Assembly (NCBI GenBank): GCA_026394025.1
Contig: JAPKZC010000317.1
Span: forward strand, 1 to 34,462
Source of the DNA: Candidatus Solibacter sp.
GTDB lineage: Bacteria > Acidobacteriota > Terriglobia > Bryobacterales > Bryobacteraceae
Direction: 5' to 3'
Length of the DNA: 34,462 bases
In this document: positions 16,319-26,346 of the stretch, in pieces
How the letters are laid out: every line of letters begins with the position of its first letter
How positions within the stretch are numbered: the first letter of the stretch is position 1
The notes under the pieces: model-generated
What the model saw: the letters and a program-made list of their open reading frames with translations, nothing else
The model's database searches: none
What the model was told of the DNA's origin: nothing
Translations under genes and position numbers: made by a program

Positions 16319-17635
16319 CTACACCGGCTGCCGCGTTTGCCACTTGCCGCGGGTGAAATCCGGGAATTTCTGCGGCGCGCTGCCATTGGCCACACTCGCC
16401 TCGCTGAGCGGGATGGGGGCGCTCCAGGCGGCGGCGTCGTAGACATCGATATCCGGCGCGAGGCCCAGCTTCATGCACTCCACCAGGCGATATGCCATCA
16501 CGAAATCCATGCCGCCGTGGCCGCCCAGTTCCTTCGCCATCTCGCCGATCCTCTTCCACAACGCGGGCTCGTATTTCTCCTTGTACAAATCGAGCGATTC
16601 GAACGCCTCGCGCCGCGCCCCGTCGATGTAGACGCGCGCCGGATAGTCGCGGAAGATGCCCTTGGTGCCGGCGATCAGGTTGATGCGGTCGTAGGGTTGC
16701 GGGCTGCTGACGTTGTGCTCAAGCTCCAGCACGCGTCCCTTCACGGTGCGGATCAGGCTGACGTTGAAATCGCCTTCCTTGTAGACTTCCTTCTGGCGCG
16801 GGTCGTCCGCGGCGAGTTTCTCCTTACGGTACGCTTGCAGCCCCGCCGAAATGGAGCTCATGGAGACCAGCGTGTCGAAGCGGTCGCCGCGGTTGACGTC
16901 CATGTAGTGCGCCACCGGACCGAGTCCGTGAGTGGGGTAGAGGTTGCCGTCGCGGTTGAGGTGCTCGGCGCGGCGCCAGAGCCCTTCGCCCTGGCTGGAG
17001 AAAAGAATGCCGCGCAAATCGTGGTTGTAGGCGGCGCCCCCGTGTGTCAGCTCGCCGAACAATCCGGCGCGCACCATATTGAGCACCATCATTTCGTTGT
17101 AGCCGTAGCAGCAGTTTTCCAGCTGGATGCAATGCCGCTGGGTGGCCTCGCTGGTGTTGACCATGTCCCAGCACTCTTCCATGGTGCGCGCGGCGGGCAC
17201 TTCGATGGCGACGTGCTTGCCCTGCTTCATGCCGGCCACCGCCATGGGAACATGCCAGACCCAGGGTGTGGCGATCACCACCAGATCGATATCGTCGCGC
17301 TTCAGCAAGCCTTCGAACGCGCGGTCGTCGGAGTGAAACAGCGCGATGGGCTGCGAGGCCTTACCTGCTTTGTCCAACCTGGCCTGCGTGCGGAGCACCT
17401 TGTCCTTGACCGTGTCGCACAGCGCGGTGATCTGCACGCCGGGGACCGAGGAGAAGTTATCCACCAGCGAATTACCGCGGCCGCCGGTTCCGATGACGCC
17501 GATGCGCACCCTCTCCTTGGGGTCAAACTTCATATCCGCGACGCTTTTGGCCGCGGATTGCGGCCGCGCCAGGGCCGCGCCGAGCGACCCGAGCCCGGCC
17601 AGTTTCAATAAGTCGCGTCGTGAAGAATTCTCCAT
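16319..17635 (-). CDS. Tat-exported Gfo/Idh/MocA-family NAD-binding enzyme, GH109-like (alpha-N-acetylgalactosaminidase-like glycosidase)
   Basis: 438 aa. It has a twin-arginine signal (SRRDLLKLAGLGSLGAALA) and a Rossmann motif (RIGVIGTGGRG). The C-terminal ...GGHGGMDFVMAYRLVECMKLGLAPDIDVYDAAAWSAPIPLSEASV resembles GH109 enzymes, recalled from memory. Confidence 0.75.
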   Translation of the reverse strand: MENSSRRDLLKLAGLGSLGAALARPQSAAKSVADMKFDPKERVRIGVIGTGGRGNSLVDNFSSVPGVQITALCDTVKDKVLRTQARLDKAGKASQPIALFHSDDRAFEGLLKRDDIDLVVIATPWVWHVPMAVAGMKQGKHVAIEVPAARTMEECWDMVNTSEATQRHCIQLENCCYGYNEMMVLNMVRAGLFGELTHGGAAYNHDLRGILFSSQGEGLWRRAEHLNRDGNLYPTHGLGPVAHYMDVNRGDRFDTLVSMSSISAGLQAYRKEKLAADDPRQKEVYKEGDFNVSLIRTVKGRVLELEHNVSSPQPYDRINLIAGTKGIFRDYPARVYIDGARREAFESLDLYKEKYEPALWKRIGEMAKELGGHGGMDFVMAYRLVECMKLGLAPDIDVYDAAAWSAPIPLSEASVANGSAPQKFPDFTRGKWQTRQPV

Positions 17636-17645
17636 TGTCTCGCTC

Positions 17646-19328
17646 CTACTTCCAAAGTTTCCTGACCACTTGAATGACCACCAACGCGCTGACCGCGAAC
17701 ACTCCGCCCAGAATCATCGCATACCCGGTCCGCCCGTAGAGGAAATTACCGACCGTAAATAATGCCGACCAGATCATGGTACATCCCATGATCCACCCCG
17801 TGAGCGCCAGGGGAATATTGTCGCCTTCCACGGTGGCGGCGCTGGCCCGCGCCTGAATGTGCCGCCAGCCGGGACCGAAGGGGCGAACCTTTTCGTAGAA
17901 CGCCAGTAGCACCGCGGGGTCGGTCTGCGGGCCGACGTAAGCCGCCACGATCCAGGAGACGGTGGTGATCGCGATCCCGACGACCAACTGCTGCGAGAAG
18001 CCGAAGACCACGCCATTCTTGGAGAGAACCAGAAAGACGATGGCGGCGCCGAAGGAACTGATCATGGCCACGATCTCGCACCAGGCCGTGATCCGCCACC
18101 AGAACCAGCGCAGCAGATAGAGCAAGCCCACGAATAACAGCACCGTGGCATAGCGGCCTGCCAGCACGTAGTGCTTTTCGGGAGCATCGGCCTTGATGAA
18201 GCGGCGGTAGAAATCGTGGACCAGGTAGGAGGCGCCCCAGTTGAGGTGGGTCAGAATGGTGGAGGAGTTAGCCGCGATCAGGCCGCCCAGCATGAGCCCG
18301 ACCCAGCCGATGGGAAGGAAGCGCAGCATCGCGGGAAACGCGATGTCGTGACCCAGCAGTGTCGGGTCCAGATTGGGAAAGGCCTTCTGAATGTCGGACA
18401 GCTCGGGATACACGATCAGCGACGCGAGACCGACCAGAATCCAGGGCCACGGGCGCAACACGTAGTGTGCCACGTTGAAAAACAGCGTGCCGCCTAGCGA
18501 ATCCTTTTCGGATTTGGAGGCCAGCATGCGCTGCGCGATGTAGCTGCCGCCGCCGGGCTCCGCACCCGGATACCAGGTGGCCCACCATTGCACGGTGATG
18601 GGGATGATAAAGACGGCGACCGCGAGATCCCAGTTATTGGTGAAGTCCGGCAGCAGATTGAGGTAGTTCAGACCACCCGGACCCTTCATGACCGAGAGTT
18701 TGGCCACCAGGCCGGTGAGCCCACCCACCTGAGGCAGCGTCACCGCGAAGTAAGCCGCCGCGATTACTGCCGACATCTTGATGAAGAACTGGATCATGTC
18801 GATCACCAGCACTCCCCACAGTCCGGAGTAGGTGGCGAAGACCACGTTGAGCAAGCCCACCGCCAGCAGCGTCTGCCAGCGCTCCAGGCCGAACAGGATG
18901 GCCGCGATCTTGCAGGTGATGCAGTTGAAGAACAGGCCCAGGTACACGGCGCGAAACCCGCGCACGGCGCTGGCCGCTTTGCCGGAGTAGCGCAGTTCGT
19001 AGAATTCCAGATCGGTGAGCACGCCGGAACGCCGCCACAGGCGGGCGAAGAAGAATACCGTGGCCACCCCGGTGAGCGTAAAGGCCCACCACTGCCAGTT
19101 GCCGGCGACTCCCTGCGTGCGGACGAAGTTGGCAACCAGGTTTGGCGTATCGCTGGAAAACGTGGTGGCCACCATGGAGATGCCGGCCAGCCACCACGGG
19201 ACCGAGCGGCCCGAGGCGAAGAACTCCGCTGTGCTTTTTCCGGAGCGCTTTCCGAAGAACAGCGCGGGTACAAAACAGATGGCGACCGACAGGAACGCGA
19301 TGATCCAGTCGAGTGTGTGAAGGTGCAT
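17646..19328 (-). CDS. Sodium:solute symporter (SSS/SLC5) family transporter
   Basis: Taken from the ATG at 19328 (MHLHTLDWIIAFLSVAICFVPALFFGKRSGKSTAEFFASGRSVPWWLAGISMVATTFSSDTP...), giving 560 aa. The 73 upstream codons of the ORF overlap galK and are Arg/Gly/Pro-rich junk. Confidence 0.85.
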   Translation of the reverse strand: MHLHTLDWIIAFLSVAICFVPALFFGKRSGKSTAEFFASGRSVPWWLAGISMVATTFSSDTPNLVANFVRTQGVAGNWQWWAFTLTGVATVFFFARLWRRSGVLTDLEFYELRYSGKAASAVRGFRAVYLGLFFNCITCKIAAILFGLERWQTLLAVGLLNVVFATYSGLWGVLVIDMIQFFIKMSAVIAAAYFAVTLPQVGGLTGLVAKLSVMKGPGGLNYLNLLPDFTNNWDLAVAVFIIPITVQWWATWYPGAEPGGGSYIAQRMLASKSEKDSLGGTLFFNVAHYVLRPWPWILVGLASLIVYPELSDIQKAFPNLDPTLLGHDIAFPAMLRFLPIGWVGLMLGGLIAANSSTILTHLNWGASYLVHDFYRRFIKADAPEKHYVLAGRYATVLLFVGLLYLLRWFWWRITAWCEIVAMISSFGAAIVFLVLSKNGVVFGFSQQLVVGIAITTVSWIVAAYVGPQTDPAVLLAFYEKVRPFGPGWRHIQARASAATVEGDNIPLALTGWIMGCTMIWSALFTVGNFLYGRTGYAMILGGVFAVSALVVIQVVRKLWK

Positions 19329-19333
19329 AGGAA

Positions 19334-20413
19334 CTATGAGTTTACAGCGCCGGGACCCGGTTCGGCATGAAGAATGTGGTCGGGGCTTCCGGAATAGAAA
19401 CGCTCCACCAGGCCCGCGTGTACCTGGGAGAGGTCGGCGCGGCGGCAAAAGACCACCGCACAGCCGCCGAATCCGCCGCCGGTGAGGCGCGCGCCCAGAG
19501 CGCCGGAATCCATGGCGGCCTCCACCAGGCGATCCAGCGCCGGGCAACTGATTTCGAGACGATCGCGCAGGCTGGCGTGGGAAGCGAGCAGCAGGCGGCC
19601 GAAGCGGGCGGAGTCGTCGTCATGCATCGCCTGCACGGCGTGGCGCACGCGGTAGGCCTCGGTGACCACGTGGAGGAACGCGGGCGGCAGATGTTTGGCC
19701 GCAGCCAGGGCGCGAAGCTCCTCCTCGGTCCTGCCCTGAATCGCCTCGGCGTACGATGCGAAACCCGTCTCGCGCAACGCCTCCGTGCCCGCGGTGCGGA
19801 CCGCGTTGTAGCGGTCGCGTACCGCGCCCGATTTCTCGGCCACTTGCAGGCTGTTGGCCACCAGAAAGGCCCAGCCGGCGGGAATCGGAATGTGGTGCAC
19901 CGCGAGCGGCACGAACTCGATGAGCGACGCGCAGCCCTCGCGCGAAGCCAGCGATGCGGCGTGGTCCATGCCACCGCCCCGCGTACCCACGAACTGCTCG
20001 CCATCGGGGAGGATCTCCATCAGCTCTTCGAAGGACGCCACGCGCCGGTTGGCGCGCAGCAGCGCCAGGGTGACGGCGACAATCAGCGCGGACGATGACG
20101 AGAGCCCCGCCGCCGGCGGCAGGTCGGCTTCGATAGTGGCATCGATGCCGTTCATGACTCCCCACTTGCCGGCGATGGCCTGCGCGGCGGCGCGCAGGTA
20201 GTTCTCCCAATCGCCGCGCGCGACGGGCGTGAGGCCGCGCTTCCAGGCAAATTCGCGGTGCCCGTAGGCGCCGCTGGAGACGCGTATCTGGCAATCGGCG
20301 CGCGCCTGGAATTGAATGCGAATCGAGCGGCGGAGCGCCATGGGAAGCACGGGGAGGCCGTGGTAGTCGATATGTTCGCCGATCAGGTTGACACGCCCGG
20401 GAGCCGAGACCAT
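19334..20413 (-). CDS. galK: Galactokinase-family GHMP kinase (galactose or GalNAc 1-kinase)
   Basis: Galactokinase signature APGRVNLIGEHIDYHG, GHMP motif PPAAGLSSSSALIVA, and C-terminal ARLTGGGFGGCAV. The start is taken at MVSAPGRV; the ORF track starts 19 codons earlier, at 20470. The stop lies 5 nt before the SSS start, which implies an operon. Confidence 0.85.
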   Translation of the reverse strand: MVSAPGRVNLIGEHIDYHGLPVLPMALRRSIRIQFQARADCQIRVSSGAYGHREFAWKRGLTPVARGDWENYLRAAAQAIAGKWGVMNGIDATIEADLPPAAGLSSSSALIVAVTLALLRANRRVASFEELMEILPDGEQFVGTRGGGMDHAASLASREGCASLIEFVPLAVHHIPIPAGWAFLVANSLQVAEKSGAVRDRYNAVRTAGTEALRETGFASYAEAIQGRTEEELRALAAAKHLPPAFLHVVTEAYRVRHAVQAMHDDDSARFGRLLLASHASLRDRLEISCPALDRLVEAAMDSGALGARLTGGGFGGCAVVFCRRADLSQVHAGLVERFYSGSPDHILHAEPGPGAVNS

Positions 20414-20491
20414 TGCCCCACGATAACATTCCCGTGGGACAGACCACGCGGGCGGGCCCACAGGCTGCACCGTCCCGCGCGACCCTGTGGC

Positions 20492-21358
20492 TTACGCCGA
20501 AAAGCCCGCCTTCTTCTCTTCCGGGGTGGTATCGAACGTGGCCGGCATTCTGAGTTCGCCCTCTTCAAAGTAAAACTCCCTGATTGCGCGCACGCTCAAC
20601 TTCCTGCCGCCGGAAGTTTCAGCCGCTGCCTGTTCACCTTCCTTCAGCCTGTCCGCAGGGGAGTTCTTCTTCGTTGGTACGGAGATTTTGATTACGCTGC
20701 CGAGTTCGTTGTCGGTCAACTTCAGGCCATCCACGTTCACCGAGAGGATCTGATCGAAATCCGGCGGCTTCACAATCGAGTGGGCGAGAAACAGCTCCTT
20801 TCCGCGGCCGAAAAGGAGATATTCCAGGGCGACCGGCGCCTGTGCGGCGGGATCGAACTTGCGGAAGTGCACAATCTTCTGAATCTTCACAGTGACGTTT
20901 TGGAGGCCACGAATCAGTTTGCCACCGCGCTCCAGGTGTCCTCGCAAGACGGTTCCCTGAAATGACGTTAGCGGGGACGGAGCGGCGACCTGAGGAAGCA
21001 CGAAGTCCTTTGCCGGGCTGACCGTGAACATCTTGATCTCCGGATGGCTCCGCCGGTCCGCGAAATACAGCGGCCCCACGTCACTGCCGCGATTGTTGAA
21101 CGAGGCTTGCAGAATTACCTGGAACCGGTGAGGAGTGAGATAATCGGTCCCTTCCGGATTCAGTTGTTCAAACATCGGAAGGTGAGACAAAAACGCGGTT
21201 TGGCTCCCCACGAGCATCCAGTTGTGAGTCGCCGGAGCCTCATTAGGCGCGGGCTCGCCTCGTGCGGAATTCGATCGCGCAGCGGAGTACCCGGCGAGTG
21301 CAAGTGCGTGCAGCAATCCCCGCCGCGAAACTGCCGGCCCACTCTGTTTTTCGTGCAT
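20492..21358 (-). CDS. Hypothetical exported protein (Tat-like signal)
   Basis: 288-aa ORF with host-like codon usage and an N-terminal SRRGLLHALALAGYSAA signal. I did not recognise any family. Confidence 0.6.
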   Translation of the reverse strand: MHEKQSGPAVSRRGLLHALALAGYSAARSNSARGEPAPNEAPATHNWMLVGSQTAFLSHLPMFEQLNPEGTDYLTPHRFQVILQASFNNRGSDVGPLYFADRRSHPEIKMFTVSPAKDFVLPQVAAPSPLTSFQGTVLRGHLERGGKLIRGLQNVTVKIQKIVHFRKFDPAAQAPVALEYLLFGRGKELFLAHSIVKPPDFDQILSVNVDGLKLTDNELGSVIKISVPTKKNSPADRLKEGEQAAAETSGGRKLSVRAIREFYFEEGELRMPATFDTTPEEKKAGFSA

Positions 21359-21469
21359 ACCCAGTACCCTCCATGCTGGAACTGTTCAGACAGCCTGTAT
21401 CGCCGTCCACCAGCGAACACCAACGGTGTCCAATACTATACACGATGGGGGTTCGCGAGCGTGCGGGAG

Positions 21470-22455
21470 TTACGAGTTGCTCTTGAGCTGGCCGCAGGCG
21501 GCGTAAATATCGAGCCCGCGCGGCTTGCGCACGAAGCAGGGAAGCCCGCGGCGGACGATTGTCTGGAAGCTGGCGACGCGCTCTGGGAGCGGCGTGGCGT
21601 AGGGGATTCCGGGGCCGGGATTAAGGGCGATCAGGTTGACTTTGGCGTTGAGGTTGGCGAGGAGCTTGACGACGCGTCGCGCGTCGGCGTCGCTATCGTT
21701 GACCCGATCGAGTAGCACGTATTCGAACGTGAGTTTCTCCCAGGGGCGCAGCGGATAGGACTTACAGGCGGCCAGCAGATCCTTCAGATGATACTTTTGG
21801 GTGATCGGCATGAGTCGAGTTTGGGACGGACCGGTTCGCGGCCGAGTTCGGCCATCTTGGGGATGATGCCGGCGGTGGAGACGGTGATGCGGCGCGGGGA
21901 GAGCGCAAAGCCGGCGGGGTCTAGCAGAATGCGCGTGGCTTTGACCACATTGGGCAGGTTCAAGAGAGGATCGCCCTGCCCCATCATGACGATGTTGAGA
22001 CGCCCCCCCTCCTGGCGGAGTTGGTTCTCGCGTGCCACCAGCAACACCTGGCCTACGATTTCGCCGGCGGTGAGGCTGCGTTCCAGGCCCATAAGGGCGG
22101 TCATGCAGAACTTGCAATCCACCGGGCAGCCCACCTGGCTGGAGATACAGATGGTGTCGCGCTCGCCTTCGGGCATGAGCACGGTTTCGACGGTGCGGCC
22201 GTCCTCCAGGCGGAGCAGGTAGCGGCGCGTACCGTCGGTGGATTCGAAAAGGCGATCGACCGTGGGGAGGCCCAGGGCGTGGCGTTCGGCGAGATCCTGG
22301 CGCAGGCGGACGGGCAGAGTGGAAATCTGCACCAGGTCCGCGGCTTGGCCGTGGTAGAGGGCTTGGTAAATCTGGCGGGCGCGGTACCCAGGCTGACCGG
22401 GGCCGAGGGCCTCACGGAGATCAGTCAGGTCCATCCCCACGAGCGGTTGGGACAT
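21470..22455 (-). pseudogene. rlmN: 23S rRNA/tRNA m2A methyltransferase RlmN (radical SAM), split by an apparent frame-shifting internal deletion
   Basis: ORF 21784..22455 reads ...[19 protein letters not shown] (CxxxCxxC radical-SAM cluster)...[13 protein letters not shown]...[24 protein letters not shown], then out-of-frame residues and a stop. The frame of ORF 21470..22117 resumes at [23 protein letters not shown]...[12 protein letters not shown]...[13 protein letters not shown]...[16 protein letters not shown]. The conserved A-I-S-L-H/N-A strand expected between the halves is missing. Confidence 0.8.
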
Positions 22456-22567
22456 TCTCTCCAGTCTAGCGGATGTGGAAAGACGACAGACGACAAAAGG
22501 CGATCGTCAGTCCCACTGACGGCCGGAAGGTGCTACAAATGGAATAGGCCCCTTCCGCATTTCCGCA

Positions 22568-23854
22568 ATGACATCACCAAACAACCCTTTACGGGATATC
22601 GAAATGAGCACGCTGGGTAACGGCGTGCGCGTAGTTACCGAGGTCATGCCCCACGTGCGCAGCGTGTCGGTGGGGATCTGGATTGGCTCGGGCTCGCGGC
22701 GGGAATCGACGGAGCAGAATGGCATCGCGCACTTTATCGAGCACATGCTGTTCAAAGGCACCACTAGCCGGTCGGCCGAGGACATCGCGCGCGCGGTGGA
22801 CGCGCTGGGCGGAAACCTGGACGCCTTCACGGCGAAGGAACTGGTGTGTTTCAATACCAAGGTGCTGGATCAGCACCTGTCGCAAGCCTTCGACGTACTG
22901 GCGGACCTGGTGCTGCACCCGATGTTCCGGGAAGAGGATATCGAGAAGGAAAAGGGCGTCATCCTGGAAGAAATCAAGATGGAGGAGGACTCGCCGGACT
23001 ACCTGGTTCACGAGATCTTCTCGGCTAATTTCTGGAAAGATCACGCGCTGGGCAAGCCGATCCTGGGCACGCCGCATAGCGTGCGCCGCTTTGACAGCAC
23101 CATGGTGCGGGATTTCTACAATGCGGTTTACGCGCCGGCGAACCTGCTGGTGACGGCGGCCGGAAACCTGACCCACGAGGGGCTGACGACGCTGGTGAGG
23201 CAGCACTTCGAAGGGCTGCCCAAGGGCGATGCGGCGCCCGCGGAGCAGGTTCCGAGCACGCACGCCCGGATTGCCCTGCGCAATAAGAAATCGTTGGAGC
23301 AGGTGCACCTCTGCCTGGGGGTTCCGTCGTACCCGCTGCCGCACCATGACCGGTTTGCCTGCTACGTGTTGAACACCCTGCTGGGGGGAGGGATGAGTTC
23401 GCGCCTGTTCCAGAATATCCGCGAGCGGCAGGGGCTGGCCTATTCGGTGTTCAGCGAACTAAGCCCCTATCGGGACACGGGCTGCCTCTCCATTTATGCC
23501 GGGACAAGCGTGGAATCGGCGCGCAAAGTGGTGGAGTCCATCACCAGGGAATTCCGCGATCTCAAAGAGCGGCAGGTGAGCGATGAGGAGTTGCGGCGGG
23601 CCAAGGACCACCTCAAGGGTTCGCTGATGTTGGGTCTGGAATCGACGGGTAGCCGCATGTCGAACCTGGCGCGGCAGGAAATGTACTTCGGCAGGTTCTT
23701 CACCCTCGACGAGTTGCTGGAAAGCATCGAAACCGTGACCGCGGGCGACGTGCGGCGCATTGCGCGGACATTTTTCGACCCCAAGCAGATCGCGCTGACA
23801 ATTCTGGGCAATCTGGAGAAGTTCAAAATCGGCCGGGACGACCTGGCCTGCTGA
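22568..23854 (+). CDS. M16-family (pitrilysin/insulinase-like) zinc peptidase
   Basis: 428 aa. It has the inverted zinc motif HFIEH within GIAHFIEHMLFKGT and the downstream E of the M16 signature. An alternative start is at MSTLGNG (22604). Confidence 0.85.
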   Translation: MTSPNNPLRDIEMSTLGNGVRVVTEVMPHVRSVSVGIWIGSGSRRESTEQNGIAHFIEHMLFKGTTSRSAEDIARAVDALGGNLDAFTAKELVCFNTKVLDQHLSQAFDVLADLVLHPMFREEDIEKEKGVILEEIKMEEDSPDYLVHEIFSANFWKDHALGKPILGTPHSVRRFDSTMVRDFYNAVYAPANLLVTAAGNLTHEGLTTLVRQHFEGLPKGDAAPAEQVPSTHARIALRNKKSLEQVHLCLGVPSYPLPHHDRFACYVLNTLLGGGMSSRLFQNIRERQGLAYSVFSELSPYRDTGCLSIYAGTSVESARKVVESITREFRDLKERQVSDEELRRAKDHLKGSLMLGLESTGSRMSNLARQEMYFGRFFTLDELLESIETVTAGDVRRIARTFFDPKQIALTILGNLEKFKIGRDDLAC

Positions 23855-23957
23855 GCTTCTCATTCTACTTGCAGCCAGCCGTTTTGAAACGCGCTGGTGA
23901 AATTGTGCGAACCCGCCAGCCCCTCCCTGCGTATTCCTTGCGAGGGCACTTGATTTC

Positions 23958-26346
23958 ATGAGTCTTTGGCAGGACATCCGTTACGGAGAACGCATGCTCC
24001 GTAAATCGCCCGGCTTCGCCATCATCGCCGTGCTCACGCTGGCGCTCGGGATCGGCGCCACCACCGCTGTATTCAGCGTTTGCGATGCGCTGCTGTGGAA
24101 GCCCATCGCCTTGCCTCGGCTGGAAAGCCTGGTGATGGTCCTGCAGCGCGTTCCGGACGAACCCAACGACTGGAACAGCGCCAACCCGGCCGATCTCGAC
24201 GACGTCCGCCGCCAGACCGCGGCGCTCGAAAACCTGGCCACCTCCGGAACGGGCCATGCAGACGCTGGTGAGCGCCAACTTCTTCACCACGTTCGGCGTC
24301 CAGCCGGTGCTGGGCCGCGGCTTCCAGGAGGGCGAAGACCAACCTGGCCGCGAGCGCGAAGTGGTACTCAGCGACCGCTTGTGGCGCCGCCGCTTCGCCG
24401 CCGACCCCGCCATTGTGGGCAAGAACATACGCCTGGACGACCAGAACTTCCTGGTCACGGGCGTGATGCCGGCCAGCTTCGATTTCCCCTTGGCCACTGA
24501 GCTCTGGACCCCGCATGCCTTCACCCCCGCGCAGCGCGCCGATCGGCGCAGCAACCCGTTGGAGGCCGCGGCCCGGCTCAAGCCGGGCCGCACCCTGGAA
24601 CAGGCCGGGGCCGAACTCACTTCGCTGGGCGCGCGTCTGGAAAAATCCTATCCGGACACCAACAAAGGCCGCCGCCTGATGGCCTGGCCGGCCCGCCGCT
24701 ACCTGGTGGACTCCTATACCCAGCAGTACGTCCTGATGCTATTGGGCGCGGTGATCTTCGTGCTGCTCATCGCCTGCGTGAATGTGGCCAACCTGCAGTT
24801 TGCCCGCGCCACCGGCCGTTTGCGCGAAGTGGCCGTGCGCACGGCGCTGGGCGCATCACGCTGGCGGGTGATCGCCCAACTGGTGACTGAAAGCGTGCTG
24901 CTCTCTGTCGCCGGCGCTGTCCTCGGCCTGCTGATCGCCAGATGGGGAATGGGCATGATCCGCGGTGGAATGCCGCCGGAGATCGAACGCTACATCCTCG
25001 GTTGGAAGGACATGCAGATGGATGGCCGCGCCCTGCTCTTCACCATGGTGGCCGCGGTCTTGAGCGGCATCCTGGCCGGCCTGGCGCCGGCGTGGCAATG
25101 CTCCCGCCCTAACCTCACCAACGCCCTCAAGGATGGCGGCCGCGGAGGCACGGCCGGCGGCGCGCGTCACCGTTTGCGCAATATCCTGGTGGCGAGCGAG
25201 GTGGCGTTGGCGGTGATCCTGTTGGTGGGCGCGGGCCTGATGGTCCGCGGATTTCGCAAGCTGGTGGAGAACGGCGAACGCCTCCAGCCCGCCACCTTGC
25301 TGACCATGCGCCTGGCCATCACCGATAACAAGTACCATGAACCCCACCGGCGCATCGCCTTCTACCGCGACGTGCTGGACCGCATCCGTGTGCTGCCCGG
25401 CGTGCGTAGTGCGGCCGCAGTCACGGCGCTACCCTACACTGGCCATGCCCACGGGCGCGGCTTCACCATCGAAGGCCGGCCTGCGGAACCGGACAAGCTT
25501 CCCAACGGCATGTATCAGGTGACTACCCCGGCCTATTTCGACATCGCGCACATCCCGCTGATGGCCGGCCGCCTGTTGAGCGAATCCGACGGGGCGGAGG
25601 CACCCCTGGTGGCGCTGATCAGCCAAGGCATGGCGCAGCGCTGGTGGAAGAACGAATCGCCCGTCGGCCAGCACATCCGGCTGGGCGGCCTCGATTCCAA
25701 AGCCCCCTGGCTGACCATCGTGGGCGTGGTGGGAGATATCGCGCACAACCCCTACGACCGCGAACCCCGCCGCACCATTTATGTCCCCTTCCCGCAGGCG
25801 CCCCAGTTGTGGATGGATATCGGCGTGCGCACCGCGGGCGATCCCTTGGCGCTGGCGCCGGCCATCCGTGCGGCCGTCCGCGCGGTGGACCGCGAGCAGC
25901 CCATCACCGACCTCCAAACCATGGAGCGGGCGATCCACAATCGCGCCATCGGCCTCAACTATATGGCCGTCCTGATGGGTGTTTTCGGCCTGCTCGCCCT
26001 CTGTCTGTCCGCCATCGGGGTCTACGGAGTCATGGCCTACATGGTTTCCGAGCAGACCCACGAAATCGGCATCCGCATGGCGCTCGGCGCGGAACGCCAA
26101 AACGTGCTCGCCATGGTCTTCCGGAGCGGCATGCTGACCATCGGCGCCGGCCTGGCCGTCGGACTCCCTATCGCCTGGGGTTTCGCGCGCCTCATGGCGT
26201 CGCTGATTTTCGGCGTCACCGCAAATGATGCCGCGACGTTCGTCACCATCCCCCTGGCGCTGATCTCCGCTGCGACGCTGGCGATCTATATCCCCGCCAG
26301 GCGAGCCACCAAAATCGACCCCCTCCTGGCTCTGCGTTACGAGTAA
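23958..26346 (+). pseudogene. ADOP-type (Acidobacterial duplicated orphan permease) MacB/FtsX-like ABC permease, with N-terminal TM1 separated from the rest by a frame shift
   Basis: ORF 23958..24500 starts with the family-typical [41 protein letters not shown]...; sense is lost after ...[11 protein letters not shown] 24256..26346 (+1 frame) continues (PER)[29 protein letters not shown]... through two FtsX-type 4-TM modules to the end ...DPLLALRYE. Confidence 0.75.

Noticed and set aside
16268-17611. A 447-aa plus-strand ORF opposite the GH109-like gene.

Similar long antisense ORFs occur at:
- 686..1612
- 5643..6494
- 10621..11619
- 11683..12414
- 14050..14967
- 15278..16198
- 18588..19370
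- 25429..26358
- 30118..31461
- 31519..32448
   Set aside because: Each lies entirely antisense to a gene with recognisable motifs. Their compositions are Arg/Gly/Ala/His-biased, and none has a recognisable domain.
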